Shown here piece by piece: positions 18,883 to 28,200 of a DNA stretch of 64,000 nt (position 1 is the first letter of the stretch; every line of letters starts with the position of its first letter). The translations under genes and the position numbers were made by a program. The notes under the pieces were generated by a model. The model did no database searches. It saw nothing but the letters and a program-made list of their open reading frames with translations, and was not told the origin of the DNA. The DNA is from a virus (Duplodnaviria; Caudoviricetes): positions 5,121 through 69,120 of the IMG/VR virus record IMGVR_UViG_3300009873_000014. One strand, given 5' to 3'.

Positions 18883-19836
18883 GTGGCTGGTAAGTGCGCC
18901 TGCTCCAAGACGTGCAACTGCTGCACCGACACGTCGCCGTCGATCGGCGTCTCTGGCACCGGGTCGCTCGGCCAGTGCTTCACCCCCGAGGTCCGCTACT
19001 CGGCTGACGCCGGCAACCGCGCCCGACCGGGCACCGACGGAGCGGTGCTCGCCGACCTCTGCGCCACGAACCCCGACGGCACCCCGACCACGGTGGACGG
19101 CAACGGGTGCCTGGTGCTGCCGCCGCCGTGCATCCTCGACCAAGGTGGCGATCCGATCGAGCCGAACGAGGCGGGCTGCGTGCAGCTCCCCGCCAACACG
19201 CCGCCGGCGTACGGGTGCGGCCTCGACCAAGACGGCGAGGGCACCCTCATCCTCGACACGCCCACGGCGTGGCCGGCGAACGACCTGTGGGGCACGCCGT
19301 TCGGCGGTGGCATCGGTGGGACCACGGCCGTGTTCTGCATGGAGGAGGGCGGCGTCCGCGGCGTGCCCGAGCACACGTCGTTCGTGGTGAGCGCCGGCGG
19401 CGAGATCGTGGACTTCCTGCCGGACTTCGAGCCGATCCCTGACGGGACGGCCTACGCCTCGGCGGCGTCCGCCCCGCTCGCCGTGGTGAACCCGTCGCCG
19501 AACCGCCGGCTGACCGTGTTCGCCACCCTCGTCGGCCTCGTAGACGCCTCCTCGCCGCCCTCCGGTGACGTGTACGGGCGGTTGCAGGTCCGCCGCGACG
19601 GCGGCTCGTGGACGACGGTGCGAGAGCTGCGCTGGCCGGACAACCGCCTCGACGGCGCGCCGGTCATCCGCGACGAGAAGGAGCTGATCGCCCACTGGGA
19701 CGGCCAGCTCGATCCCGGCGACGGCCTGACCTTGGAGGTGCGGGTGGTGGTGGCCAACACCTCCGACGCCGGCGGAGATCCCGCCACCGTGCAGCGCATC
19801 CGGTGGGCCATGAAGGCGATGGGGGTGACGGTCTGA
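18883..19836 (+). CDS. Minor tail / fibre-like protein
   Basis: GTG after GAGGAG; Cys-rich N-terminus, beta-sandwich-like C-terminus. Confidence 0.6.
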   Translation: MAGKCACSKTCNCCTDTSPSIGVSGTGSLGQCFTPEVRYSADAGNRARPGTDGAVLADLCATNPDGTPTTVDGNGCLVLPPPCILDQGGDPIEPNEAGCVQLPANTPPAYGCGLDQDGEGTLILDTPTAWPANDLWGTPFGGGIGGTTAVFCMEEGGVRGVPEHTSFVVSAGGEIVDFLPDFEPIPDGTAYASAASAPLAVVNPSPNRRLTVFATLVGLVDASSPPSGDVYGRLQVRRDGGSWTTVRELRWPDNRLDGAPVIRDEKELIAHWDGQLDPGDGLTLEVRVVVANTSDAGGDPATVQRIRWAMKAMGVTV

Positions 19837-20465
19837 TGGCAGGCTCGTGCGTCGATCAGGGCATCGGCATCGACGGTGACGGCAACGTGATCCTCTCGGG
19901 GGCGACCTCGAAGGAGTGGCCCAACGAGGCCGGCTGCCCGATCGCCTCCAACAACGGCCTCCACTTCGACCCGGTGACCGGGCACGCGTGGATTCCACCT
20001 CGGGTGGCCCCGCACTACGAGGTGGTGATCGAGGAGGGCACGACGATCACGCCCGCCGACGATGACACCGTGGATCTCGGCACGTTCGAGTTGGAGCACA
20101 CGGTCGGCCCGTGCGGGCAGCGGCGGGTCATCATCGAGATCGGCGGTGGCTACAACGCCTACCGCCTCTACTCGGGCAACTTCTGGCTCCTCAAGCGGTA
20201 CGCCACCCTGTTCGTGGACGGCACTCCGGAGTCCTTCACGGGGTTGGAGATCGTGACGGCGTGCGAGAACAACTCGGGCGGCGCGGTGTCGCAGGCCGGC
20301 CCGATCGAGATGACCCCGTTCTCGTGGGTGCTCGATCCCGGCCAGACCGTGAAGGTCGTGACGAGCTACCAGTTGGAGTTCCCCGGCTTCACCGCCAACG
20401 CCGTCAACTCGTTCGTGTTCCGCCCGCCGCCGATCCGGGCTACCTTCTTGCCGATCCCCACGTAG
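19836..20465 (+). CDS. Minor tail protein
   Basis: Stop/start overlap; 209 aa beta-rich. Confidence 0.6.
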   Translation: MAGSCVDQGIGIDGDGNVILSGATSKEWPNEAGCPIASNNGLHFDPVTGHAWIPPRVAPHYEVVIEEGTTITPADDDTVDLGTFELEHTVGPCGQRRVIIEIGGGYNAYRLYSGNFWLLKRYATLFVDGTPESFTGLEIVTACENNSGGAVSQAGPIEMTPFSWVLDPGQTVKVVTSYQLEFPGFTANAVNSFVFRPPPIRATFLPIPT

Positions 20466-20474
20466 GAGGCGAAG

Positions 20475-20660
20475 GTGGCCCCACCGGACGAGTCGAGCGA
20501 ACCCGACGATCTCGACGCCTGCGAGGTGGGCCTCGCCGACTTCGCAGTGGACGACGAGACGGCGGCGCTCCTGCCCCTGTTCCCCGACCACGACCCGGCT
20601 CGTGAGGCCGAGTGGCGAGAGCTGTTCGGAGGTGATGGCGATGCAGCCGGTGGTGCGTGA
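20475..20660 (+). CDS. Small acidic hypothetical protein preceding lysin
   Basis: GGAGG RBS, GTG start, 61 aa, overlaps lysin start by 20 nt. Confidence 0.45.
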   Translation: MAPPDESSEPDDLDACEVGLADFAVDDETAALLPLFPDHDPAREAEWRELFGGDGDAAGGA

Positions 20661-21570
20661 CCTCGACCTCCTGCGCCGGCTCCGCAAGTACGAGCTGAAC
20701 GTGATCGAGGTGGCCGACTGGCAGACCCGCGGGAAGCCGGGCCTCGTGAACGCCGGCCACCTGACCCACCACACGGCCGGCTCGCGCAACGGCAACACGC
20801 CGTCGCTGAACGCCGTCATCAACGGCCTCGATCGACCGGATCTCGGCTACCACCTCGACGGCCCGCTGGCGCAGACCTACACGCCGCGGGAGCCGGACTT
20901 CACCGTGTACCTCGTCGCCTCCGGCATCGCCAACCACGCCGGCAAGGGCGGCTTCGACGGGTACTCGGGCAACGGTGCCTTCTCGGGTACCGAGCACGAG
21001 CACACGGGGTACGCCTCGGAGCCGGTGAGCGCCGACAAGTGGGAGACGCTCGCCCGTGTCGCCGCGGCCCACGCCGACGGCCACTTCGGCGCTGACCGGT
21101 GCATCAACCACTTCGAGTGGACCGACCGCAAGATCGACTTCGTGGAGTCGATCAACAACCCCTCGGCGTTCCGCAGGCGCGTCGATGAACTGCTCCGCGC
21201 CGGCGGGGCACCGAACCCGAACCCGTCGGAGGACGACATGACCCCGGAGCAGGAAGCCAAGCTCGATCGACTGCTGGCCAGCAACACCCGGATCGAGGCC
21301 GAGCTGCGCGCCATCAAGGCGCTGGCCGGCAAGGGCCTCGCGTTCGTACTGCGGGACCCGCGCGACAACAAGGCGTGGATCTTCACCGACGATGGCCGCT
21401 GGCACGTGCCCAACCGCAAGGTGCTCAACACGCTCGTGTGGACCGGCGTGGTCGGGGCCTACGGCGACAAGATCCCGGTGGGCGACCCGGAGTTCATCGA
21501 CGGCGTGCCCGAGATCGCCCGCCCGGTCGAGATCGAGGATCTCGCCGCGGCCATCGCTGCCGAGGGGTAG
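20641..21570 (+). CDS. Endolysin, N-acetylmuramoyl-L-alanine amidase (Amidase_2-like)
   Basis: V.EV.DWQTRG, HHTAG, GPLAQ, ANHAGKG, GTEHEH, H.EWT.RKID motifs; C-terminal putative wall-binding region. Confidence 0.88.
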   Translation: MQPVVRDLDLLRRLRKYELNVIEVADWQTRGKPGLVNAGHLTHHTAGSRNGNTPSLNAVINGLDRPDLGYHLDGPLAQTYTPREPDFTVYLVASGIANHAGKGGFDGYSGNGAFSGTEHEHTGYASEPVSADKWETLARVAAAHADGHFGADRCINHFEWTDRKIDFVESINNPSAFRRRVDELLRAGGAPNPNPSEDDMTPEQEAKLDRLLASNTRIEAELRAIKALAGKGLAFVLRDPRDNKAWIFTDDGRWHVPNRKVLNTLVWTGVVGAYGDKIPVGDPEFIDGVPEIARPVEIEDLAAAIAAEG

Positions 21571-21576
21571 TCCCCG

Positions 21577-21903
21577 GTGTTGCTGGCGCAGGCGGAGAAG
21601 CTCTCCGACCCGTCCACGTGGGAGCAGTTCGGCCCGTTCGGCATCGTGTTCGTCGTCATGTCGATCCTCGGGACGTGCATGATCGCGGCGTTGCTCTACG
21701 ACCGCCGCCAGACGCGCATCGACCACGAGGCCGAGGTGGCGCAGCTCCGAGCCGAGCGGGACGCCGAGCGGGAGCGGAGCGACGCGTGTGCGGCGGCGCA
21801 GCTCGCGCAGGCCGAGAGGCTTATCCCCATCGTGGAGCGGGCAGTGACTACGGTGGAAGCCAACACCACCGCCCTCGCTCTAGCTCGGGAGGCTCTCCGG
21901 TGA
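21577..21903 (+). CDS. Membrane protein (holin-like), 1 TM + coiled coil
   Basis: FGPFGIVFVVMSILGTCMIAALL hydrophobic segment; directly after lysin. Confidence 0.55.
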   Translation: MLLAQAEKLSDPSTWEQFGPFGIVFVVMSILGTCMIAALLYDRRQTRIDHEAEVAQLRAERDAERERSDACAAAQLAQAERLIPIVERAVTTVEANTTALALAREALR

Positions 21904-22055
21904 TCGCCTCCCCTCCACGGTCGGCGCAGGAAGCCAGCGATCGAGTCTCGGACGCCCTGACCCAGTTGGAGCAGGCGTTCGTCCGCTCGGGAGCCGTAGC
22001 GCGTACCGTGTTGGACGAGCTGACCCCCAAGGAGGCGGACCCCGATGGCGAGTGA
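21900..22055 (+). CDS. Small hypothetical protein
   Basis: GTGA overlap; 51 aa. Confidence 0.4.
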   Translation: MIASPPRSAQEASDRVSDALTQLEQAFVRSGAVARTVLDELTPKEADPDGE

Positions 22056-22455
22056 AGATCAGGTCGAGGTTGAGGGTGAGGGTTCGTCGGACACGCAAAC
22101 CCTGCTGACCGAGGTGCTCCACGAGCTGCGGGAGCTGGTGCACGTCACCAAGGAGGGAACTGCCGCCACCGAGCAGGCGGGCGAGCTGGTGGCCGAGGAG
22201 ACGGCCGCTCGTCGCTCGTCGGTCCGCTGGACCCGCGCCCTCGTCGTCGTGGTGGCCGTGGCGCTCCTCGCCGTCGGGGCGTGGGAGCTGGACCGACGGA
22301 CCGTCTCGTGCCAGAGCCGGACCGAGGCCCGTGAGGACATTCGTGCCTACGGCGTCTCGATCGCCGAGGAGCTGTCCACGCCGGCGACCCGAGAGCGGAA
22401 CATGGCCACGGTCGCTCGAATCGGCGAGGAGACGATCCCCGACCCTGAGTGCTGA
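22045..22455 (+). CDS. Single-TM membrane protein of lysis cassette
   Basis: ALVVVVAVALLAVGAW TM segment; Cys in external part. Confidence 0.55.
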   Translation: MASEDQVEVEGEGSSDTQTLLTEVLHELRELVHVTKEGTAATEQAGELVAEETAARRSSVRWTRALVVVVAVALLAVGAWELDRRTVSCQSRTEAREDIRAYGVSIAEELSTPATRERNMATVARIGEETIPDPEC

Positions 22456-22511
22456 TCGAGATGTAGCGTCGTCCGGGCATGGCCAAGTCCACGACCCGGA
22501 AGGGAGTCCCC

Positions 22512-22982
22512 ATGCGACGCTCCAAGCTCAAGGCGGTCGGAGCCACGCTCCTCGCCGCCGTCCTCGCCCTCACCCTCGGCTCCATCGTGTTCGCCGGCCC
22601 GGCCGGCGCGCAGGCCACCGTCGAGGTGGTGGAGGTGCCCTCGGACCCCGGTGGCATCGGCCTCTCGGTCACCTGGCTCACGCTCCTCGTCGCGGTCACC
22701 AAGGCCGTCTCGTTCGTCAAGAGCCTGTTGGCCAAGGACTGGAACGCGGTGCTCACGCTGATCGTCTCCGTGGGGGTGGCCATCGGCCTCGTGTTCTTGG
22801 TGGCCAACTCCGACTTCACCGGCTTCTCCGTCCCCGGCCTCGACGTACCCCTGGCCAGTGCCAAGGCCGGCACGCTCGCCCTCATCGGCATCGTGCTCGG
22901 CCTCGCCGCCGCCTACGGGCGCGACGTGCTCAAGTCGTTCGACAACACGCAGAGCACGGCGGAGCCACCCCTGGTCACCTGA
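22512..22982 (+). CDS. Multi-TM membrane protein (holin candidate) with signal-like N-terminus
   Basis: ATG 22512 after AAGGGAG; about 4 hydrophobic segments. Confidence 0.55.
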   Translation: MRRSKLKAVGATLLAAVLALTLGSIVFAGPAGAQATVEVVEVPSDPGGIGLSVTWLTLLVAVTKAVSFVKSLLAKDWNAVLTLIVSVGVAIGLVFLVANSDFTGFSVPGLDVPLASAKAGTLALIGIVLGLAAAYGRDVLKSFDNTQSTAEPPLVT

Positions 22983-23061
22983 CGGCCTGACGGCTACCAT
23001 GCGCCTCGCTGACGCATGACCGGTCACCACGCGGGACCGTTCTCGGGGCGAAGGCGCAGAG

Positions 23062-23093
23062 CGAGGGGACGTGCCTCCGGGTGCGTCCCCTCG
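23062..23093 (+). terminator. Stem-loop separating late genes from recombination operon
   Basis: CGAGGGGACG (23062-71) / CGTCCCCTCG (23084-93). Confidence 0.55.
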
Positions 23094-23124
23094 TCGCGTC
23101 CGGGGGTGGTGCTTGCGGTATACC

Positions 23125-23140
23125 CTCTACCCCGGTATAG
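23125..23140 (+). promoter_or_regulatory. Palindromic operator/promoter copy (CTCTACC-CC-GGTATAG)
   Basis: Overlaps TATAGT -10-like box upstream of gam-like gene. Confidence 0.7.
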
Positions 23141-23171
23141 TGCGCTGCACCCGAGAACGGAAGGACCCGTG

Positions 23172-23936
23172 ATGTTGGACCCGACCCCGCTGCCCGCCGA
23201 GGTGGCAACCGACGAGCCGCCCATCTCCGAGGAGCTGCTCGCACTGGTGATCGCCGGCGTCGCCAAGCCGAACGCCGAGCACCTCCCCCGTGCCGACGAG
23301 CACGTGGACGACGAGGACCCGGAGCGCAAGGCGCGCCGTGAGGCCGTCGTCGCCGCCACCGAGACGATCGAGCGGTGGACGATCGAGGACGAGGCCGCGG
23401 CGGAGTGGGCCGGCGGGCACTTCGCTCGGGCCTCCGAGGAGATCGCCGAGGCCGAGCGCCAGGCCAAGGAGTTCCACCGCCGGGTCGATCGCTGGCTCGC
23501 CGATCAGGTCGCCGCCCCCGCCCGCCTCAAGGCGCTCATGGAGGGCAAGCTGACCGACTGGGGCCTCCGCCAGCGGGCGGCGTCGAACGGCAAGACGGCG
23601 ACGTTCTCGACGCCCTCGGCGAGCGTGGCAACCCGCGGCGCTCCGAAGGAGCCGAAGCTGGTGATCGACGGCGGCAAGGCCGGCATGGTCGAGCTGGTGG
23701 CGTGGTTGGAGGAGAACCTCCCCGACACCGATCTCGAACCGGTCATCAAGGTCGAGAAGTCGGTGCTCCTCACCGGCCTCAAGGCGGTCACCGACCTCAC
23801 CGGCGGGAAGGGCGAGACGGCCAAGCCGCTCCTCGTCGGTGCCGACTCCAAGGTGTTCCTGGCGAGCACCGGCGAGCAGGTCCCCAACGTCTCGGCCGAC
23901 CACGGCGAGATCTCCGTGACGGTGAGCGCACGATGA
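23172..23936 (+). CDS. gam: Mu Gam-like host-nuclease inhibitor
   Basis: AEWA.......EEI......A.....R...WL...  coiled-coil then K.ATF.TPS.SVATR, matching the Gam family pattern; start may be GTG 23169. Confidence 0.7.
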   Translation: MLDPTPLPAEVATDEPPISEELLALVIAGVAKPNAEHLPRADEHVDDEDPERKARREAVVAATETIERWTIEDEAAAEWAGGHFARASEEIAEAERQAKEFHRRVDRWLADQVAAPARLKALMEGKLTDWGLRQRAASNGKTATFSTPSASVATRGAPKEPKLVIDGGKAGMVELVAWLEENLPDTDLEPVIKVEKSVLLTGLKAVTDLTGGKGETAKPLLVGADSKVFLASTGEQVPNVSADHGEISVTVSAR

Positions 23937-24160
23937 GGCCGACCCGTCCCACCCCGCGCCGGTCGATGATCGGCTTCACCCTCCCCAACCTCCCCGGCGT
24001 CAAGCTCCTCCCGCGCTCGCGCCGGGTCGGCGGTCCCCGCCGGGTCCGCGGGCACGTGGGCAAGGCCACCGCCACCCCGCTCCACATGAAGCGGGACCGC
24101 AACCGTCGCCGCAACGCCATCGCGGCCGAGTCGCGCCGGCGCAACCGGCCCCGCCGATGA
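23933..24160 (+). CDS. Small very basic hypothetical protein
   Basis: ATGA overlaps at both ends; Arg-rich. Confidence 0.5.
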   Translation: MRPTRPTPRRSMIGFTLPNLPGVKLLPRSRRVGGPRRVRGHVGKATATPLHMKRDRNRRRNAIAAESRRRNRPRR

Positions 24161-24531
24161 GCACCGACGCCGGGGCCACCGCGGCGGGCGACGCCGGCCT
24201 CGATCGAGAGGCCGTGGAGCGCCACCTCGCCGACGACGCCGAGGCCGCGGCCGAGGAGCTGCGGTTCCAGTGGGAGGACGACCAGCGCGCCGTCATCCTC
24301 GGCGACGAGGGCAGGCAGGAGTGGTACTGGCAGGATCTCGCCTTCACCGCTGCGTCCGAGCGGTCGGCCACGGCGGTGCTCGTGTCCACCGGTGACGGTG
24401 GGCAGCACGTGCTCCCTCGGGAGGACGCCATCGCTCTGCGGGACTACCTGACCCGTGCGATCGAGGGCACCCTCCCGCCGTACGAGGACGCCGAGCCGGT
24501 GCTCCTCCCCGGCGGTGAGGAGCCGTTCTGA
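24157..24531 (+). CDS. Hypothetical protein
   Basis: 124 aa, coupled starts/stops. Confidence 0.6.
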   Translation: MSTDAGATAAGDAGLDREAVERHLADDAEAAAEELRFQWEDDQRAVILGDEGRQEWYWQDLAFTAASERSATAVLVSTGDGGQHVLPREDAIALRDYLTRAIEGTLPPYEDAEPVLLPGGEEPF

Positions 24532-24737
24532 TGGCCGCTGACGACGGCCTGCCGCCCGACCCGTTCCACGAGGCGTCCGAGGTGCGGGAAGCCGTCGCCT
24601 CGGCGATGGCCGGGTTGGAGTCGGCGATGATCTTCGAGCTGGTCGCCTCCTACAAGGCCCACATGGTGGAGGTCGGGTTCTCCGACGCCGCCGCCGAGCA
24701 GATGGCCGTGGACTACCACCGCGGGATCGTCTCGTGA
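24531..24737 (+). CDS. Hypothetical protein
   Basis: 68 aa, coupled. Confidence 0.6.
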   Translation: MAADDGLPPDPFHEASEVREAVASAMAGLESAMIFELVASYKAHMVEVGFSDAAAEQMAVDYHRGIVS

Positions 24738-24871
24738 GGTACCCGCTGCCCGTCCCCACGCCCGCTCCCCGAGCGCGCCGCGATCCCCGGTCGCACGTCG
24801 TGCCGTTCACCAACGGCGGCACGCGCCCGTACGACTGGACCCTCGAACCCCGAGATGAGGACCGACGATGA
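24734..24871 (+). CDS. Small hypothetical protein (45 aa, below ORF-track cutoff)
   Basis: GTGA overlap at 24734 and ATGA overlap at 24868 fill the gap exactly. Confidence 0.4.
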   Translation: MRYPLPVPTPAPRARRDPRSHVVPFTNGGTRPYDWTLEPRDEDRR

Positions 24872-25941
24872 CCGATGACGCCGAGAGCGCCGAGCAGGGG
24901 CAGGTGGAGGAGATCCCCGCCCCACCCGAGATGGATACCCGCCTCGACCCGGACGAGTTCCTGCCCATCCGGCAGGCGCTCGCGAAGGTCATGGGCGAGG
25001 TGCAGTGGATCGGGAAGGGCGGTGAGTTCAAGGAGGGCCAGGGCGACGACCGCCGGGTCAAATACAAGTTCCGCGGCGTCGATCAGGTCGTGAACGCCGT
25101 CGGCCCCATGCTCCGCAAGTACGGCGTGCTCGTCATCCCCGAGGCCATCGAGCACCGCGTCGAGCACCCCACCACCGGCCAGGGCAAGACGATGGTGAAC
25201 GTCGTCGTGAAGATGGCCTACCGGCTCTACTCGCTCATCGACGGCGAGGAGTGCATCCTCGGCTCGGCGTGGGGCGAAGGCTTCGACTCGGGCGACAAGG
25301 CCACGGCCAAGGCCGAGAGCGTCGCCTACCGCGTGTTCTGGCTCCAAGCTCTGGCCATCCCCACCGACGAGCCGGACCCCGACTCGCAGTCGTTCGAGCG
25401 TGGCTCCGGCCAGCAGGCCGAGCGTCAGTCCGGCCAGGGCCGGCGCAGCTCGTCCTCCGGCCAGCGCCGGCAGTCCAGCTCCCGGTCGAGCGCGCCGGCG
25501 TCCGACAAGGTGGGAGAGCGGCAGGCCAAGCAGATCCGCGACGCACTGGCCGAGTTCCCCGAGGGCGTGCGCGCCGAGGTGCTCGCTGCGTTCCGGGCTG
25601 AGTTCAACGTGACCAAGGCCGACGACGTGCTGCGGACCGACTACACGAGGGCCACCCGCTGGCTCCACGAGCAGAAGGTCGGCCCGCAGGCCGCGGCCGA
25701 GGGTGACCCGCCGGCCGACGGCGAGGGCGACGCCGACGGCGAGGACCCGCCCGCCGCTGCCGACGGGCCGTCGTTCTCCGAGGTGCGCGAGCAGATCGTC
25801 GCTCGTGACGATCGCCGGTGGGTGCAGAAGCACCTCGCGCACCTCGGCCTCCCGGCCACCGGTCCCTCCGACGAGCTGACCGACCGGCTCGCCGCGGCGT
25901 GGGCGCGCCAGGGCGGCATCCCCGAGTCGGCGCTGACGTGA
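24868..25941 (+). CDS. erf: ERF-family single-strand annealing protein
   Basis: ALAKVM.EV..I.K, Y.FRGVD.V..AVGP.LRK.GV, GEG.DSGDKAT.KA.S.AYR..LQ...IPTD.PDPD. Confidence 0.88.
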   Translation: MTDDAESAEQGQVEEIPAPPEMDTRLDPDEFLPIRQALAKVMGEVQWIGKGGEFKEGQGDDRRVKYKFRGVDQVVNAVGPMLRKYGVLVIPEAIEHRVEHPTTGQGKTMVNVVVKMAYRLYSLIDGEECILGSAWGEGFDSGDKATAKAESVAYRVFWLQALAIPTDEPDPDSQSFERGSGQQAERQSGQGRRSSSSGQRRQSSSRSSAPASDKVGERQAKQIRDALAEFPEGVRAEVLAAFRAEFNVTKADDVLRTDYTRATRWLHEQKVGPQAAAEGDPPADGEGDADGEDPPAAADGPSFSEVREQIVARDDRRWVQKHLAHLGLPATGPSDELTDRLAAAWARQGGIPESALT

Positions 25942-26120
25942 GCGTGATCGAGCGCCTCGTGCGCCGGCTCACGGAGGTCCGCTACGACGCCATCGACGTG
26001 CTGATCGTGGTGGTGCTGGCCACGGCGATCTCGCTCGGGATCTTCGCGACCATCATCGCCGTGGCCATGCTCGCCCTCGCCGCTCTCGGCCTGTCGATCT
26101 ACAAGGACTCCCGGCGGTGA
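25938..26120 (+). CDS. Small membrane protein
   Basis: 60 aa, two hydrophobic segments, coupled. Confidence 0.55.
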   Translation: MSVIERLVRRLTEVRYDAIDVLIVVVLATAISLGIFATIIAVAMLALAALGLSIYKDSRR

Positions 26121-26350
26121 CCTGCCCTCACGGGATGCCCGGCCCTGGTTCGTGCATGGACTGCCAGTACGAGGGCGACATGCCCCCGCCACCGCGGCGC
26201 ATCGAGCGCGACGAGAGCGCGCCGTTCCCGGCCCACTGGCCCGGCTTCTGCCGTGGCTGCCACCTGCCGATCTCCGAGGGCCAGAGCATCGTGCGCCTCG
26301 GCGACAAGGACGACCCGGACCACGAGTACCGCCACGAGTCGTGCTCGTGA
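26117..26350 (+). CDS. Small Cys/His Zn-binding protein
   Basis: CPHG...CMDC; CRGC...H..C. Confidence 0.55.
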   Translation: MTCPHGMPGPGSCMDCQYEGDMPPPPRRIERDESAPFPAHWPGFCRGCHLPISEGQSIVRLGDKDDPDHEYRHESCS

Positions 26351-26435
26351 GGTACGGTCCTCAACCCCGAGAAGAAGAAGGCCCCCGCGCCGTGCTACCG
26401 GCCGGGGGCTTGACCAGCCCCGTGAGGAGGAGCTG

Positions 26436-26789
26436 ATGACGTTCACCCTACCCGACCCTCCGCCGGCGTCACCCAAGATCGGGCGCTCGGGCCTGTTCGA
26501 TGACGCTCTGCGGCAGATGATGGACCTGCTGTTCGAGCCGCTCGCCGAGGGCGTCGAGGGCCTCGTGAGGCACCCGCGGCCCGGCATGTTCGAGCTGGCC
26601 GGCATCCGGGCCACCACGCCTCGCATCCCTGGCGCGGTCGGCCGCTACCTCGACCAGCTCCCGCAGGACCAGTTCGTGCTCGTGCCGTTCGTCGTGTCCG
26701 ACCGGCTCGGCGAGATGCTCGGCCGGCGCGGGTTCATCGGCCCCACCGACGAGGACCACTGGTTCCGGCTGCCCGAGGCTCTCCGGTGA
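26436..26789 (+). CDS. Hypothetical protein
   Basis: ATG after GAGGAGG; 117 aa. Confidence 0.6.
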   Translation: MTFTLPDPPPASPKIGRSGLFDDALRQMMDLLFEPLAEGVEGLVRHPRPGMFELAGIRATTPRIPGAVGRYLDQLPQDQFVLVPFVVSDRLGEMLGRRGFIGPTDEDHWFRLPEALR

Positions 26790-27529
26790 GCGTCATCCAG
26801 ATCTCGAACGTCCTCCGGCACTCCGCCTCCAAGGGCACGGCGCGGCTCGTGCTCATCGCTCTGGCGGACGTGGCCAACGACGACGGTGAGGTGACCGCCT
26901 ACGCCCGCGGCAGGAAGGTGCTCGCGGCCAAGGCCAACTGCGACGAGGGCAGCGTGAAGCGGGCCATCGCCAAGCTCGCCAAGGACGGGGAGTTGGAGGT
27001 GCTCCGGGTCGGCACCGGGCGTGAGGCGTCCAACTACCGCATCCTCGTCGGCTCGATCGAGGGGGGGCAGGATGCACCCCCTGCGGGTGCAGGACGCGCG
27101 CCCACCGGGGGCGAGACGCGCGCCCTGGGGGGGCAGGATGACCCCCCCATCTCTCCGTCTCCATCCGTCGATGGTCCGTCCTCTCCCTCACCGAAGGCGG
27201 AGGAGGATCTCGACTTCGAGCTGTTCTACGAGCAGATCTACCCACGACGGGTCGGACGAGGAGCTGCGCGCAAGGCGTACACCGCGGCCCGGAAGAAGGC
27301 CGACGCCGACACGATCTTGGCCGGCGCGCAGGTGTACGCCGCGGCCATGAAGGGCAAGGAGGCCCGGTACATCGCTCACCCGGCCACGTGGCTGAACGGC
27401 GAGCGGTGGGCGGACGACCCGGCGGCGCTCGCCGGCGGCAACGGCCGGAACGGTGCGTCCTCGGGCACGGGCGTGTCGCGCTCGATCGACACCGACCGAG
27501 ACGGTGAGGCAGGGGAGTTGGAGCTGTGA
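26786..27529 (+). CDS. Replication initiator / replisome organiser (N-terminal winged HTH)
   Basis: ARLVLIALAD.AND.G...wHTH; C-terminal F..FY..YPRRVG+.AARKA...YI.HPATWLNGERW.D; upstream of DnaC-like gene. Confidence 0.85.
   Translation: MSVIQISNVLRHSASKGTARLVLIALADVANDDGEVTAYARGRKVLAAKANCDEGSVKRAIAKLAKDGELEVLRVGTGREASNYRILVGSIEGGQDAPPAGAGRAPTGGETRALGGQDDPPISPSPSVDGPSSPSPKAEEDLDFELFYEQIYPRRVGRGAARKAYTAARKKADADTILAGAQVYAAAMKGKEARYIAHPATWLNGERWADDPAALAGGNGRNGASSGTGVSRSIDTDRDGEAGELEL
27061..27150 (+). repeat. Four 22-bp iterons inside initiator gene (putative replication origin)
   Basis: GCAGGA/GCGAGA cores at 27067, 27089, 27111, 27133, each flanked by G-run and C-run. Confidence 0.7.
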
Positions 27530-28200
27530 CCGAACCGACCCGCATCGACGCTGCGCTCGCCGCCCGACGGAAGGGCCGCGGTGAGCGGCCGGCTCCACGG
27601 CCACGGACCGACCTCGGCCTCACGCCGGCGGACACGGAGGCGGCGCAGGTCGCCGCCCGGATGCCGGTCTGGCACGAGCTGATCCCGCACAAGTACCTGA
27701 ACGCTCGCCTCTCGGACTGGGAAGGCGTGCCGCTCCGGCTGGCCACCACGTGGCAGGACGACCCGTTCACGGTGGGCACGAACATGGTGATCTCCGGCCC
27801 GGTCGGCGTGGGCAAGACCCACCTCGGGATCGGGGCGCTCCGGCCGCTGTTCTTCGGCGGCGCGTCGATCTGCGTGGTGACCGCCAAGCAGCTCCTCGCC
27901 ATGATCGACCACCGCAACGAGGACTCGTCGGCCAACCGCCGGCACCTGTACCGGGTGGACGTGTTGCAGGTGGACGACCTCGGCACCGTGTCCGAGCACG
28001 ACTGGGTGGTGGGCGAGCTGACCGCCCTGCTGGACGAGCGGTACGGGCACGACCTGCCGACGATCGCCACGACCAACCTCGTGCCCGACGACCTCAAGGT
28101 GGCCATCGGCGAGCGGGCCTATTCCCGCCTCACCGGAGCCGCCGTCGGGATCAAGCTGACCGGCGACGATCGCCGCAAGACCAAGAAGGGACCGAGCTGA
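27526..28200 (+). CDS. DnaC/IstB-like AAA+ helicase loader
   Basis: Walker A GPVGVGKT, Walker B LQVDDLG, TIATTNL, GER..SRL. Confidence 0.88.
   Translation: MTEPTRIDAALAARRKGRGERPAPRPRTDLGLTPADTEAAQVAARMPVWHELIPHKYLNARLSDWEGVPLRLATTWQDDPFTVGTNMVISGPVGVGKTHLGIGALRPLFFGGASICVVTAKQLLAMIDHRNEDSSANRRHLYRVDVLQVDDLGTVSEHDWVVGELTALLDERYGHDLPTIATTNLVPDDLKVAIGERAYSRLTGAAVGIKLTGDDRRKTKKGPS

Noticed and set aside
15264-20465. Diversity-generating retroelement target in tail genes
   Set aside because: No reverse transcriptase in the window and no TR/VR pair differing at adenines was seen
26381-26409. GCCCCCG...CGGGGGC hairpin as forward terminator
   Set aside because: Short stem with a long loop inside a coupled operon; the purine run lies on the upstream side, so support is weak
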